Source: Candidatus Margulisiibacteriota bacterium (GTDB lineage: Bacteria > Margulisbacteria > WOR-1 > JAKLHX01 > JBAZKV01). Taken from it: a stretch of DNA of 64,000 nt. A program made the translations under genes and the position numbers. The notes beneath the pieces are model-generated. The model was not told the origin of the DNA. It was given only the letters and a program-made list of their open reading frames with translations, and made no database searches. Position 1 is the stretch's first letter, and each line of letters opens with the position of its first letter. The stretch covers positions 47,844 to 111,843 of the forward strand of contig JBAZKV010000002.1 of the NCBI GenBank assembly GCA_041650635.1, given 5' to 3'. Shown here piece by piece: positions 32,476 to 40,867 of the stretch.

Positions 32476-32954
32476 CGGACGCGCAGGCCCTGGTCTCAAA
32501 ACTTAAGACGGATGCAAAGGCCGGGGGTTATTTTATCAACCCGGATGAGGAATTGACCGGCATCCTGGCCAATGGGCTCCTGACGAATGAAAAAAGGTAC
32601 GGCTATATGGCCTGCCCCTGCCGCCTTGCAAGCGGCAGCAAAGAAAAAGACCTTGACCTCATCTGTCCGTGCGATTACAGGGACATCGACCTGACCGAGT
32701 TCGGCTGCTGCTATTGCGCCCTTTATGTTTCTAAAGAGATCTACGAAGGCAAAAAGAAAGCCTCTTCAATACCGGACAGGAGGAAAAAAGCAATGAAAGA
32801 ACAGAAAAAACAGGACATTAAACCGCTTTCGGGAGAACTCAAATATCCCGTGCTGCGCTGCAAGGTATGCGGCTATCTGTGCGCAAGAGAAAGCGCCCCG
32901 GAGATCTGTCCGGTCTGCAAGGCAGGAAAAGAAAGGTTTGAGAGATTTTTATAA
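32472..32954 (+). CDS. Ferredoxin:thioredoxin/glutaredoxin reductase catalytic subunit with C-terminal rubredoxin-like domain
   Basis: CPCR, CPCD, CYC motifs; C-terminal CKVCGY...CPVC. Confidence 0.9.
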   Translation: MTDAQALVSKLKTDAKAGGYFINPDEELTGILANGLLTNEKRYGYMACPCRLASGSKEKDLDLICPCDYRDIDLTEFGCCYCALYVSKEIYEGKKKASSIPDRRKKAMKEQKKQDIKPLSGELKYPVLRCKVCGYLCARESAPEICPVCKAGKERFERFL

Positions 32955-32959
32955 AATCA

Positions 32960-33319
32960 ATGACCACCTTCAAAGAATCGGACCTTATTGAAAAATTCAT
33001 CCGCTCAAGCGGCCCCGGCGGGCAGAATGTGAACAAAGTATCTACCGCAGTCTATCTAAAGCACATTCCCACAGGTATTGAGGTCAAATGCGGAAGAGAA
33101 AGGTCGCAGGCGCTTAACCGCGCTCTTGCCAGAAAGCTTTTGCAACAGAAAATAGAGAATATGCTCCTGGGCAAACGATCGGCGCAGCAGCAGAAGTTTG
33201 AAAAGATAAGAAGACAAAAGAGAAGAAGGTCGCGGCGCTCCAAAGAGAAGATGCTGAAAGATAAAAAGATCGTTTCTATCAAGAAAAAATCCCGAAAGAT
33301 ATTGTTTAGCGAAGAATGA
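32960..33319 (+). CDS. Peptide chain release factor-like ribosome rescue protein (GGQ; ArfB-like)
   Basis: SGPGGQNVNK, RSQALNR, basic tail. Confidence 0.88.
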   Translation: MTTFKESDLIEKFIRSSGPGGQNVNKVSTAVYLKHIPTGIEVKCGRERSQALNRALARKLLQQKIENMLLGKRSAQQQKFEKIRRQKRRRSRRSKEKMLKDKKIVSIKKKSRKILFSEE

Positions 33320-33901
33320 TCAGGCGCGTTTCTTTTTCTTTGCCACCGAAAAACCGAATTTTCCTACCTGCCTTCCAAGCGCGTAATATCTTCCGTGGCA
33401 ATAGGCGATCACTCCTGCTTTATCCATCCTGAAAGCCCCGGCCCGGTCTAGGAATCTTTTGTCCGCGTGGACAGCAAGCACTTTTGAGATGAACATGTCG
33501 TGGGTCCCAAGACTTTTTATATCAACTACTTTGCATTCTATGTTAAGAGGGCTTTCCTTTATCAGAGGGGCTTTTACCTGCGATGCTTCTGATGCTGTCA
33601 GCCGCAGGCTTTTGAACTTGTCCAGGTCCCTGCCGGATTTCACCCCGCAAAAGTCCGCCGCAAAGGCAAGCTTTTCGGTTGCAAGGTTTAGGACGAATTC
33701 TTTTCTATTTTTAAGTATCTCATAGGAATGCCTTATAGGGCGCACAGAAATGGAAAGCATCGCCGGCTCAGAACAGATGGTTGCGGTCCATGAGATCGTG
33801 ATGATGTTATACCCGTCTTTTTCTGTACCGCAGGAAACCATTGCCACCGGCAGAGGGTAAAGCATGGTCCCGGGCTTCCATATCTCTTTTTCTGTGTTCA
33901 T
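33320..33901 (-). CDS. Flavin reductase family protein
   Basis: LYPLP, CGVKSGRDLDKF, ESPLNIECKV, GTHDMF. Confidence 0.9.
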   Translation of the reverse strand: MNTEKEIWKPGTMLYPLPVAMVSCGTEKDGYNIITISWTATICSEPAMLSISVRPIRHSYEILKNRKEFVLNLATEKLAFAADFCGVKSGRDLDKFKSLRLTASEASQVKAPLIKESPLNIECKVVDIKSLGTHDMFISKVLAVHADKRFLDRAGAFRMDKAGVIAYCHGRYYALGRQVGKFGFSVAKKKKRA

Positions 33902-33912
33902 TTGTTAATATC

Positions 33913-33996
33913 TGCCGGAGAGAGGATTTGAACCTCCAAGCCCTTTCGGGCACATGATCCTAAGTCATGCGCGTATGCCAATTCCGCCACTCCGGC
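33913..33996 (-). tRNA. tRNA-Leu(TAG)
   Basis: Long variable arm; catga-ctTAGga-tcatg. Confidence 0.95.
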
Positions 33997-34010
33997 CAGT
34001 CTGCCAGCTT

Positions 34011-34050
34011 GCCCGCCGAAGCCCCTCGATTTACTCGGGGCGTAGGCGGG
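34011..34050. repeat. Nested hairpin repeat upstream of tRNA-Leu
   Basis: gcccgccgaa gcccctcgatttactcggggc gtaggcggg. Confidence 0.65.
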
Positions 34051-34092
34051 TTCCACCACCGCGGCGTAGTTTGATTATAACCCATGGAAATT

Positions 34093-34118
34093 GAATTTTT
34101 CCACAAAAATTGACGATA
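34093..34118 (+). promoter_or_regulatory. Putative alternative-sigma promoter GAATT-N16-CGATA
   Basis: GAATT tttccacaaaaattga CGATA upstream of the 34137 ORF. Confidence 0.5.
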
Positions 34119-34136
34119 TATCAGAAGGATCATTAA

Positions 34137-35087
34137 ATGGTATCGCCAGCAAAATATGTGCCCGGAAGAGAAATTGCATTCTACGACTTTGGCAGGACCT
34201 GCGCCTCAGGCAACAGGATCATACCCCGGGAGATCGCGCTTTCGTCCCGAAAGTTTATGAGCGGTTTGCTTCAGCCAGGCACAGAGTGGCCCCGGCTCCA
34301 GGAAGGCATACTCGCAGGAAGCGAGACAGCCCTAAAAGGTTTTCTTACGGCGCTGACGCTGTCGTTCTCCGATGTCAGAGGCCCGGTCTATCCCAAAAAG
34401 CCGCTGCTTGGCGAAACGGACGCCTGCCGCCTTGCCGCAAAAATAATGGACAAAGCCGTATTGCACACGCCAAGCTATTATGACCATGAAGAAGAGGAGT
34501 TTAATCCGGAATTCCTGCTCGGTATTTCCGGGCTCAGGGGTTCTGCACTTTTACCGATTTTTAGATGTGCTCACGAGGTCGCACACAACGCTTTAAAGCT
34601 GTCCTTTAATATGGATGCGGGAAACCGCATTCTGGCGGCCCTGCACGAATATGACGCGGATGTCAAAGCTCATGCTCTTATCGAATCAATGGGGTGCGGA
34701 GCTTTAGCCCATGAGGATATAGCGCAGCATTACACTTACAGCTATCACTATTCAAACGCGGAAAACCCCGGGATGGACAGGATCCCCAATAGATATGACG
34801 AAGGAAGAGGCGCTGTATTCCCGCTTATGAGGTCAAAAAAAGTCTCTTGGGCGGATGCCGCCGTGCTTCTGAGCGGGATAGAAAAGGCCATGGCAGAAAA
34901 CCGGAGGCTGCCTTCGATGTCCGGGATCTCCTTTTTCCATTTGTCGCTCTGCAACGGAAGAATCGAGTTTGACACTGATAGGATAGCAGAGTGGGTAAAG
35001 GGAGGACTTTTTGTAACAAGATTCCACCTCGTCCAGGACCCTATAGAGGAAGACTGGGACCCTTATAATTTTATAAGTGTTTATTGA
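34137..35087 (+). CDS. Hypothetical protein
   Basis: 316-aa ORF with GAAGGA SD; HEVAH is an HExxH pattern, but no family is recognised. Confidence 0.65.
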   Translation: MVSPAKYVPGREIAFYDFGRTCASGNRIIPREIALSSRKFMSGLLQPGTEWPRLQEGILAGSETALKGFLTALTLSFSDVRGPVYPKKPLLGETDACRLAAKIMDKAVLHTPSYYDHEEEEFNPEFLLGISGLRGSALLPIFRCAHEVAHNALKLSFNMDAGNRILAALHEYDADVKAHALIESMGCGALAHEDIAQHYTYSYHYSNAENPGMDRIPNRYDEGRGAVFPLMRSKKVSWADAAVLLSGIEKAMAENRRLPSMSGISFFHLSLCNGRIEFDTDRIAEWVKGGLFVTRFHLVQDPIEEDWDPYNFISVY

Positions 35088-35133
35088 TCATCCCGGCCCG
35101 GCCCCGTATATCCGGCGCCGGAGCTCAAGGGCC

Positions 35134-35331
35134 TTATTTTTTTGCAAAGAATCTCCACAGAGGCCGCGCTGCCGCTGCTGCCGTAAGCAATACCAGCATC
35201 AGATAGCTGATATCCAGCAGCTGCACAAAAAGCTTGACGATCACAATAGTAAAAAAGAAAACAGCCAGTTTGGTAAGGGCTATGTCCCAGATATCCATAT
35301 TCTGCGTCATTTTGCTGAGCCTATCCATCAT
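35134..35331 (-). CDS. Small membrane protein
   Basis: MMDRLSKMTQNMDIWDIALTKL... with two hydrophobic helices and an AGGAGG SD. Confidence 0.7.
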   Translation of the reverse strand: MMDRLSKMTQNMDIWDIALTKLAVFFFTIVIVKLFVQLLDISYLMLVLLTAAAAARPLWRFFAKK

Positions 35332-35414
35332 ATACTTCCCCTCCCCTCCTGAATTTTTGACATGGACCCGTGTTGAGAGTATATAACACAAGGCTTTGGA
35401 CTGCAATGCTGAGG

Positions 35415-35471
35415 GACCCTGAGCGATCCTGAGCAACGAAAGTAGTGAGGAGTCGAAGGGGAGTCGAAATG
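35415..35471 (+). repeat. Family-1 nested hairpin repeat abutting the island's left end
   Basis: gaccctgagcga tcctgagc...gagtcgaagg ggagtcgaaatg. Confidence 0.8.
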
Positions 35472-35682
35472 TGCGCCTCAACAATAATTCTAAAACTATC
35501 GGTCTGATCTCTCTGATTATACCTAATGCCATACATGGCTGCAAGAAGCGAAATATTGGGCGGCTTGGTCGCAAGAAATAATGTTCGGGCTTTGCTCCTC
35601 CCACACCCTCCGCAAAGCCCTATTGCTTTTGATGATGGCGGGGAGAAATCAGACCTTAATAAATACCTAAAATCGATATCAG

Positions 35683-36888
35683 TTATCTGAAGATTTTTCT
35701 TATAACATCCTTAATTTCTTTGAAAGACATATCATATTTCAGGCTTAAAGATAGTCCCTTATTAATCACATGCACAAATGACTCCTTTGAATATATAAAT
35801 TCACCGGCTCTTAAAGATTCCTCTATGGTTTCTGCTTTTGCCAAAAGACATATCAATTGGTAATCCTTATCAACATATTGGTAATTTCCATTCTTGTGCG
35901 CTTTATTTGAATGTTGGCTTGGCGTTAGCTTTATTAAATTCTCTGTATAATGGGCCAATTCCGGAAATTTATTTTTTGGAAATATGTGATGGACCTGAGT
36001 CGCCTGGCCATTTCCCCAAGTATCATGTATTTCGCTATCCAAATATTTCGCTTTAATAATATTAACTGCTTTTTGTGTTAGATAATGATCATAACCTGTG
36101 TTTTGAGATACTAAGATATCTTCCGACTCCTGTCTTGATATCTTCTTTGATTCCTGTCTTGAAATTCCCTTTGCTTTCTTTACATCCCGCCAGTTGATCC
36201 GGTTATACATTAAATCGCTATAATGAAAAGGATGTTTTGACGCTTTACCTGCTTCACTTCCAGGCAAACCATTTTCAACTGCATAAATATTGAATATTTT
36301 AGGGAATATTCTTTTTGGTTCAAAGTCTTTCTTAATGGAGGTGTTTCCTTTGATAAATCTTTCAAACCTGTTTTTAATTCTTATATATTCGGCCGCATAA
36401 TCATCACCAACATCACAAATTGTTTTATAATTTTCAAAATACGCCATTAGCCCGCTGTCTCTTAACACCTTTTCTATATAATCGCACAAAAACACATATG
36501 CGTTTCTATCTTTAAATGCTATATATTGTAGAATCTCTGGACTAACAATTTTAAAGTAATTCTTTTGCCCCCTCCTCTTGCAAGAAAGAACACCTGCATA
36601 GGACAACGCTTTCAATGGCTGTTGAATAAATTTGTCGTACTCATGTTTTGCAGCTGGGTTTTTTACCGATGGCTTGTTAAAGACAGCCTTAACGTTCTCA
36701 TTAAAATATTGTGAGTCCCAAATATCCTGAACAGTAAATTCCTTATTTATATCCGACCCCACAACATTTATCGCGCAATCCGCAATAATCGAGAGGACGT
36801 CAGGAGTGACTTTCTGATCCATAAAACGAGCATCATGTGTCTTTCTTATATCAAGGTCATTAATATTTAGATATGATCTGATGTCCAT
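35683..36888 (-). CDS. Type IIS restriction endonuclease with HNH motif (HpyAV/Hin4II-like)
   Basis: DIRK..DARFMDQKVTPDV N-terminus; QVHHIFP...ENLIKLTPSQH HNH motif; downstream of a dual MTase. Confidence 0.75.
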   Translation of the reverse strand: MDIRSYLNINDLDIRKTHDARFMDQKVTPDVLSIIADCAINVVGSDINKEFTVQDIWDSQYFNENVKAVFNKPSVKNPAAKHEYDKFIQQPLKALSYAGVLSCKRRGQKNYFKIVSPEILQYIAFKDRNAYVFLCDYIEKVLRDSGLMAYFENYKTICDVGDDYAAEYIRIKNRFERFIKGNTSIKKDFEPKRIFPKIFNIYAVENGLPGSEAGKASKHPFHYSDLMYNRINWRDVKKAKGISRQESKKISRQESEDILVSQNTGYDHYLTQKAVNIIKAKYLDSEIHDTWGNGQATQVHHIFPKNKFPELAHYTENLIKLTPSQHSNKAHKNGNYQYVDKDYQLICLLAKAETIEESLRAGEFIYSKESFVHVINKGLSLSLKYDMSFKEIKDVIRKIFR

Positions 36889-36889
36889 A

Positions 36890-39403
36890 TCACACTTCTT
36901 TCATTATTCCAAAAAAGTGGACAGAATTACTGTCAATATTTAGCGAGCGTGTCCCATAATTTCTAGCTATCGAATAATATTGTTCAAATTCTTCTGAATT
37001 ATAATATTCCAAATCCTTTAATGTTACAGGACGGCTTCCATTTTTGGGGGTTAGTATAGCAACGGACCCGTCAGATATTGAATTTTTTGGCATAAAACAA
37101 GCCCTAGGGTAATATGTTAAATTCGGGACGAGAATTGCATCTTTTCGGTTTATGTATTCATGCACTTTCAAAAATGAAGCATCATCTATATAAGTATCAT
37201 AGTTATTGATGCTTAATACTTTATTGCTGCCTATATTCCTTGACTTCAATACTCTAATTTTGCCTTTATTTGAAGTAATCTTCTTTGTAATTTGCCTGTC
37301 ACGAAATGCCTTAAAAATCCCCAGATGCATTTTGTTTGACACACTGTCAAAGTATTCATTTCTGTATATCACCCAATACGGATATCTATCTGATGTTATA
37401 TACTGCTGATTTTGATAGTTCACGGATTCATTCACATATGATTCAATCTTGGTTTTTCCATTATCTTTTTTTTGTCTTACCCTATTGATAATCATGCTTA
37501 CGGTTTCGATCTTTACCCCTTTAAATGCCTCTTCACCATAATCAGTAATTTTGGCTATTGATTTAGAGGCTATTATATTCCGTGTAACATCATACTCAGG
37601 TGAATTTATAAGGCTTTTTGGAACAATTAAAGCGACCACATTACCTATATCTAAAGATTTTTCCATGAAAAAAGAAAACAAATTATTCGATTTTCTATTC
37701 TTGGCACTGCTCTTATATTCCGCTAGCAACTCTTTATTGTTTGATATCTTTTTGAACGGAGGATTCCCTATTATGACATCGTATGAATTATCAAAGGAGT
37801 GTTTGAGATAGTCCGCGTGGATAAAGTTTATACGTATATTTGAAGGAACATTTAGCGCCTTAAGTAAATATCTAAGCACATCCAGAGCCTCTTTTTCCAC
37901 ATCAATCACATCAATAACAACTTCAGGGATACTCTTATATTTTTCAATCAATATTGGCAAAAAGTTGCCCGCACCAACGGATGGTTCAAGAATTCTTATC
38001 TTCTGGTACTTTTCAGCAGCAGGCAAGTCATTTATCATCGTAAAACATATGTCTTGTCTTGTATAATAAGCTGCATTTTCCAATCTTTTTGAATTTGACA
38101 ATTCTACAATCTTCGATAAAGCAACAAAGCCCAACCGCTCAGGATTATTCTTCACAAACATTTTTAGCTTATTAATATTATGGAGATCATACTCGCTAAT
38201 TATTTTGCTTATGTTTTTGTCGTTGATTGGCGGAAACAAAGTAGTTTTCTTAATGTTTTTTGCAATTTGATGAAAAATAATTGTTGGAACTGCTTCACCG
38301 ATTGATTGGCGAATGTTCATCTCTTCTTTTCTTAATATTTCCCTTTTCTCATTAATTGATAGTTTATTCAAGAGTTTTTCGTCAGCATCAAGCCACCTAA
38401 AACTGTCAGGAATAGACATCATTATCATTAATTCTCTAATGCTGAAGACCCTATTGTCCTTTGGATGAATTGTATTTTGGCTTGCCAGAATATCATTTCT
38501 TGTATGGACACATGGGGCAGGCTTGTCCCAATAGCACCTGCTATATTTATCTCCATTTTTATTGGCATTACACACAATAACTCCGCCTATTTTTTTGTGT
38601 GGGATATTATTCTTGTTTGTATTATTAAAAGCAGACTCTCCCTCCTTAATATCTTTAATCCAATTCAACATGTTTTGATTATAGGAACGAAACCCGTGAA
38701 AGATATCATTTGGAGATATATCTCCCATTGCTTTTAACTCCGGCAAATGACCTATTGCCTTTCGCAGAGTACTTTCTTTTTGTTGTTTTGGGAATATGTC
38801 ATAGGGAGAAATATCAAAGATATCTTTTCTTGAGCCTATAACAATAGTCCTTGTTCTGCTTGAGGGGCTACCATAATCTTTAAAATTTACGATCTTAAAC
38901 AATATATGATATCTCCCGCCAAGGTTATTCTCAATCGCATCTCTGATTTTTTTTGATTTTCCGTCAAGATCAATGCATTCCGTTGTCAAAAATGATCGAA
39001 CATTCTCAAACACAAAAAATCTTGGGTTTAGTTCTTTGGTTATTTTTATCGACTCGATAACTAGAGAATTCCTGCATTTCTCATTTTTCTTTTTATGATT
39101 AGCTACAGACATGCCTTGACAAGGAGGTGTTGCAAGAATAACATCGAGCTCTTTTAAATCGTATTTATTCTTATATAAATTGTATTCATCATAAACCTTG
39201 GATTTTGTAATATGATTGGTAAGGTCACCACAGATATATCCTGAATCAATATTGCATTTATGATTTCTTCTCTGGATGTTTAAGCGTTTCTCTATTATCT
39301 CTACGGTTGCTATGCAGTTGAATCCCTCAATCTTAAACCCATAACATCCGATGCCAGCCCCGCTGAATAAACTTATATATGTTAATTTCTTATTTTTCAT
39401 CAT
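36890..39403 (-). CDS. Fused C5-cytosine and N6-adenine DNA methyltransferase (M.HpyAV-like)
   Basis: N-half SLFSGAG, PPCQG, FENV, R.R, IGEAV; C-half LEPSVGAGNF, GNPPF. Confidence 0.88.
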   Translation of the reverse strand: MMKNKKLTYISLFSGAGIGCYGFKIEGFNCIATVEIIEKRLNIQRRNHKCNIDSGYICGDLTNHITKSKVYDEYNLYKNKYDLKELDVILATPPCQGMSVANHKKKNEKCRNSLVIESIKITKELNPRFFVFENVRSFLTTECIDLDGKSKKIRDAIENNLGGRYHILFKIVNFKDYGSPSSRTRTIVIGSRKDIFDISPYDIFPKQQKESTLRKAIGHLPELKAMGDISPNDIFHGFRSYNQNMLNWIKDIKEGESAFNNTNKNNIPHKKIGGVIVCNANKNGDKYSRCYWDKPAPCVHTRNDILASQNTIHPKDNRVFSIRELMIMMSIPDSFRWLDADEKLLNKLSINEKREILRKEEMNIRQSIGEAVPTIIFHQIAKNIKKTTLFPPINDKNISKIISEYDLHNINKLKMFVKNNPERLGFVALSKIVELSNSKRLENAAYYTRQDICFTMINDLPAAEKYQKIRILEPSVGAGNFLPILIEKYKSIPEVVIDVIDVEKEALDVLRYLLKALNVPSNIRINFIHADYLKHSFDNSYDVIIGNPPFKKISNNKELLAEYKSSAKNRKSNNLFSFFMEKSLDIGNVVALIVPKSLINSPEYDVTRNIIASKSIAKITDYGEEAFKGVKIETVSMIINRVRQKKDNGKTKIESYVNESVNYQNQQYITSDRYPYWVIYRNEYFDSVSNKMHLGIFKAFRDRQITKKITSNKGKIRVLKSRNIGSNKVLSINNYDTYIDDASFLKVHEYINRKDAILVPNLTYYPRACFMPKNSISDGSVAILTPKNGSRPVTLKDLEYYNSEEFEQYYSIARNYGTRSLNIDSNSVHFFGIMKEV

Positions 39404-39413
39404 ATTTCCTATT

Positions 39414-39450
39414 AAAAAACAAAAAACCTACGCATTTTCTGCGAGGTTTT
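39414..39450 (-). terminator. Intrinsic terminator in the MTase leader
   Basis: Minus strand aaaacctcgca-gaaaa-tgcgtaggtttt tttgtttttt, ending about 10 nt before the ATG. Confidence 0.65.
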
Positions 39451-39504
39451 ACTTATTTTCATGTGGAGGTTTCCCCCTCGGAACTCACCACGTATTTGCA
39501 CATA

Positions 39505-39533
39505 TTTATATAATACTTTTTGATAAGTGTCAA
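39505..39533 (-). promoter_or_regulatory. Sigma70 promoter for the R-M operon
   Basis: TTGACA-17 nt-TATAAA on the minus strand. Confidence 0.65.
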
Positions 39534-39760
39534 TGTCTTTATTTGATTGCTCTACTTGAATGCGGCTCTTACCATTATTGATATCATTATGAATTATTGC
39601 AAGCCCATCTGCAAGATACCAAATATTCAATTTCATTAATTTAGAAAAATCTCGATATCGGTATTTATTGCTTGGCGGGCGCACATTAGAGTGGGCGGTC
39701 ATAAGGAAGCGCCCGCCATATAACGAAACCGCCCAATATTTCTTTAATATGGGCCGTACT

Positions 39761-39933
39761 TGGCATTAGGTATAATCAGAGAGATCAGACCGATAGTTTT
39801 AGAATTATTGTTGAGGCGCAGTTGATTATTGTTGCGAACTAATGTTCCGCAAGGTTTTTCTTCAGCAGTTTTTAACTTCCCTTTTTCATTTTTAAAAGCA
39901 CTATCAAGGCGGCTTGGGGCTGGGTGGCGGCAG
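39761..39933 (-). repeat. Inverted internal copy of the joined island ends (attP-like), 173 bp
   Basis: 39761-39820 is the reverse complement of 35472-35531; 39815-39933 is the reverse complement of 43722-43840; they overlap at GGCGCA. Confidence 0.92.
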
Positions 39934-40073
39934 CCCCAAGCCGCAGAAAGATGCTCTTCCTAGCACAATTCTTTTTTCTTATCGCCATTTAAGAAGGCGG
40001 GCTCGTAATTGGCGCTGTCCAACAGTGCTACTTCTATTGCCTCTTTAGAATAAATTAAAAGATGTGCCTTTTT
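39934..40073 (-). pseudogene. Diverged fragment of the recombinase 3' region
   Basis: LIYSKEAIEVALLDSANYEPAFLNGDKKKELC* versus LIYSKEAIEVSLLYSANDSPAFENGSKKKELS in the recombinase. Confidence 0.8.
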
Positions 40074-40112
40074 GAGCTGAAATATATTGTCCTCTCCCTG
40101 TTTTCCCAGTTT

Positions 40113-40282
40113 ATCATTTCCCCGCTTTTCGCTGTCAAGTTGGGACCGATCTGATCGGTCCCAACTGCTCCAGTCAGCTTCGACTCGCCTGCGCGGCAAT
40201 GAGACACATAGCTCCGGCTCGCTCATCCTCCTTCCGCCCCTACGGGTGACAGCGGCGGGGAAATGATCCTTGATTCTCAAGG
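40113..40282 (+). promoter_or_regulatory. Large multi-stem structure upstream of the SLOG gene (candidate ssDNA promoter or origin)
   Basis: Outer stem 40113-40137 with 40247-40268; 14-bp perfect palindrome arms 40138-40166; family-1-like hairpin 40178-40224; hairpin 40268-40282 overlapping the SD. Confidence 0.5.
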
Positions 40283-40293
40283 AGGTGTCGTAT

Positions 40294-40827
40294 ATGTCTA
40301 TTCACCGTTTGGCAGGGGTTGTGGGGTCCCGTTCTCTTCCGGTTCGTTTTGCTCCGCTCGTTGATCAGGTTGTGTCTTTGCTTCTGTCTCGCGGGTTTGA
40401 TGTGGCTTCGGGCGGCGCCGTGGGCGCTGATCAGTTTGCTTTGTCTGCTCTCCTTGGTTGCGGCGCTTCATCTCGCGGCGTTATTCATTCAGCCTGGTCT
40501 TCTATTGCGGGTTTCCCCTCCCAGGTCCGCGCTGATGTGGTTCGGTTCATTGCGGCCGGGGGTCGCGTGGTCTGGGGCTCTGCTTCTGCCGGTTCTCCCC
40601 GCTCTGTTGCCGTTTCTGCTCTTCTTGGCCGCAATAGGCGTTTGGTTTCCGCATCCTCTGTCATTGTTGCCTTTCTTCACGGGTCCTCGCGCGGCTCTCT
40701 TTACACAGTTCGTCAGGCTGTTTCCCGGGGCGTTCCTGTCATCGTCTTTCTTTGCGGCTCAGGTGCTTATATCCCATTTGATCTTTCCGCCTATTGCCAC
40801 ATCTTTAATTATGCTTCAGGAATTTAA
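40294..40827 (+). CDS. SLOG-superfamily DprA/Smf-like protein
   Basis: GVVGSR, SGGAVGAD, RNRRLV, SRGSLYTV; AAGGAGGT SD. Confidence 0.8.
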   Translation: MSIHRLAGVVGSRSLPVRFAPLVDQVVSLLLSRGFDVASGGAVGADQFALSALLGCGASSRGVIHSAWSSIAGFPSQVRADVVRFIAAGGRVVWGSASAGSPRSVAVSALLGRNRRLVSASSVIVAFLHGSSRGSLYTVRQAVSRGVPVIVFLCGSGAYIPFDLSAYCHIFNYASGI

Positions 40828-40832
40828 CTGTG

Positions 40833-40861
40833 TTGACTTTTACCTGCAACTTTTGTACAAT
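40833..40861 (+). promoter_or_regulatory. Sigma70 promoter of the XRE gene (leaderless)
   Basis: TTGACT-17 nt-TACAAT, with the ATG 6 nt downstream. Confidence 0.7.
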
Positions 40862-40867
40862 AAAGCC

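Noticed and set aside
39412-39702. 96-aa ORF upstream of the MTase as a controller protein
   Set aside because: No HTH pattern, and it spans the predicted promoter and terminator.
39960-40280. 106-aa ORF as a real gene
   Set aside because: It is a chimera of the hairpin region and the decayed recombinase fragment.
40319-40867. N-terminal extension of the 294-aa ORF fused to the XRE domain
   Set aside because: The frame stays open only because the strand lacks adenine and hence stop codons; the XRE gene has its own promoter and ATG at 40868.
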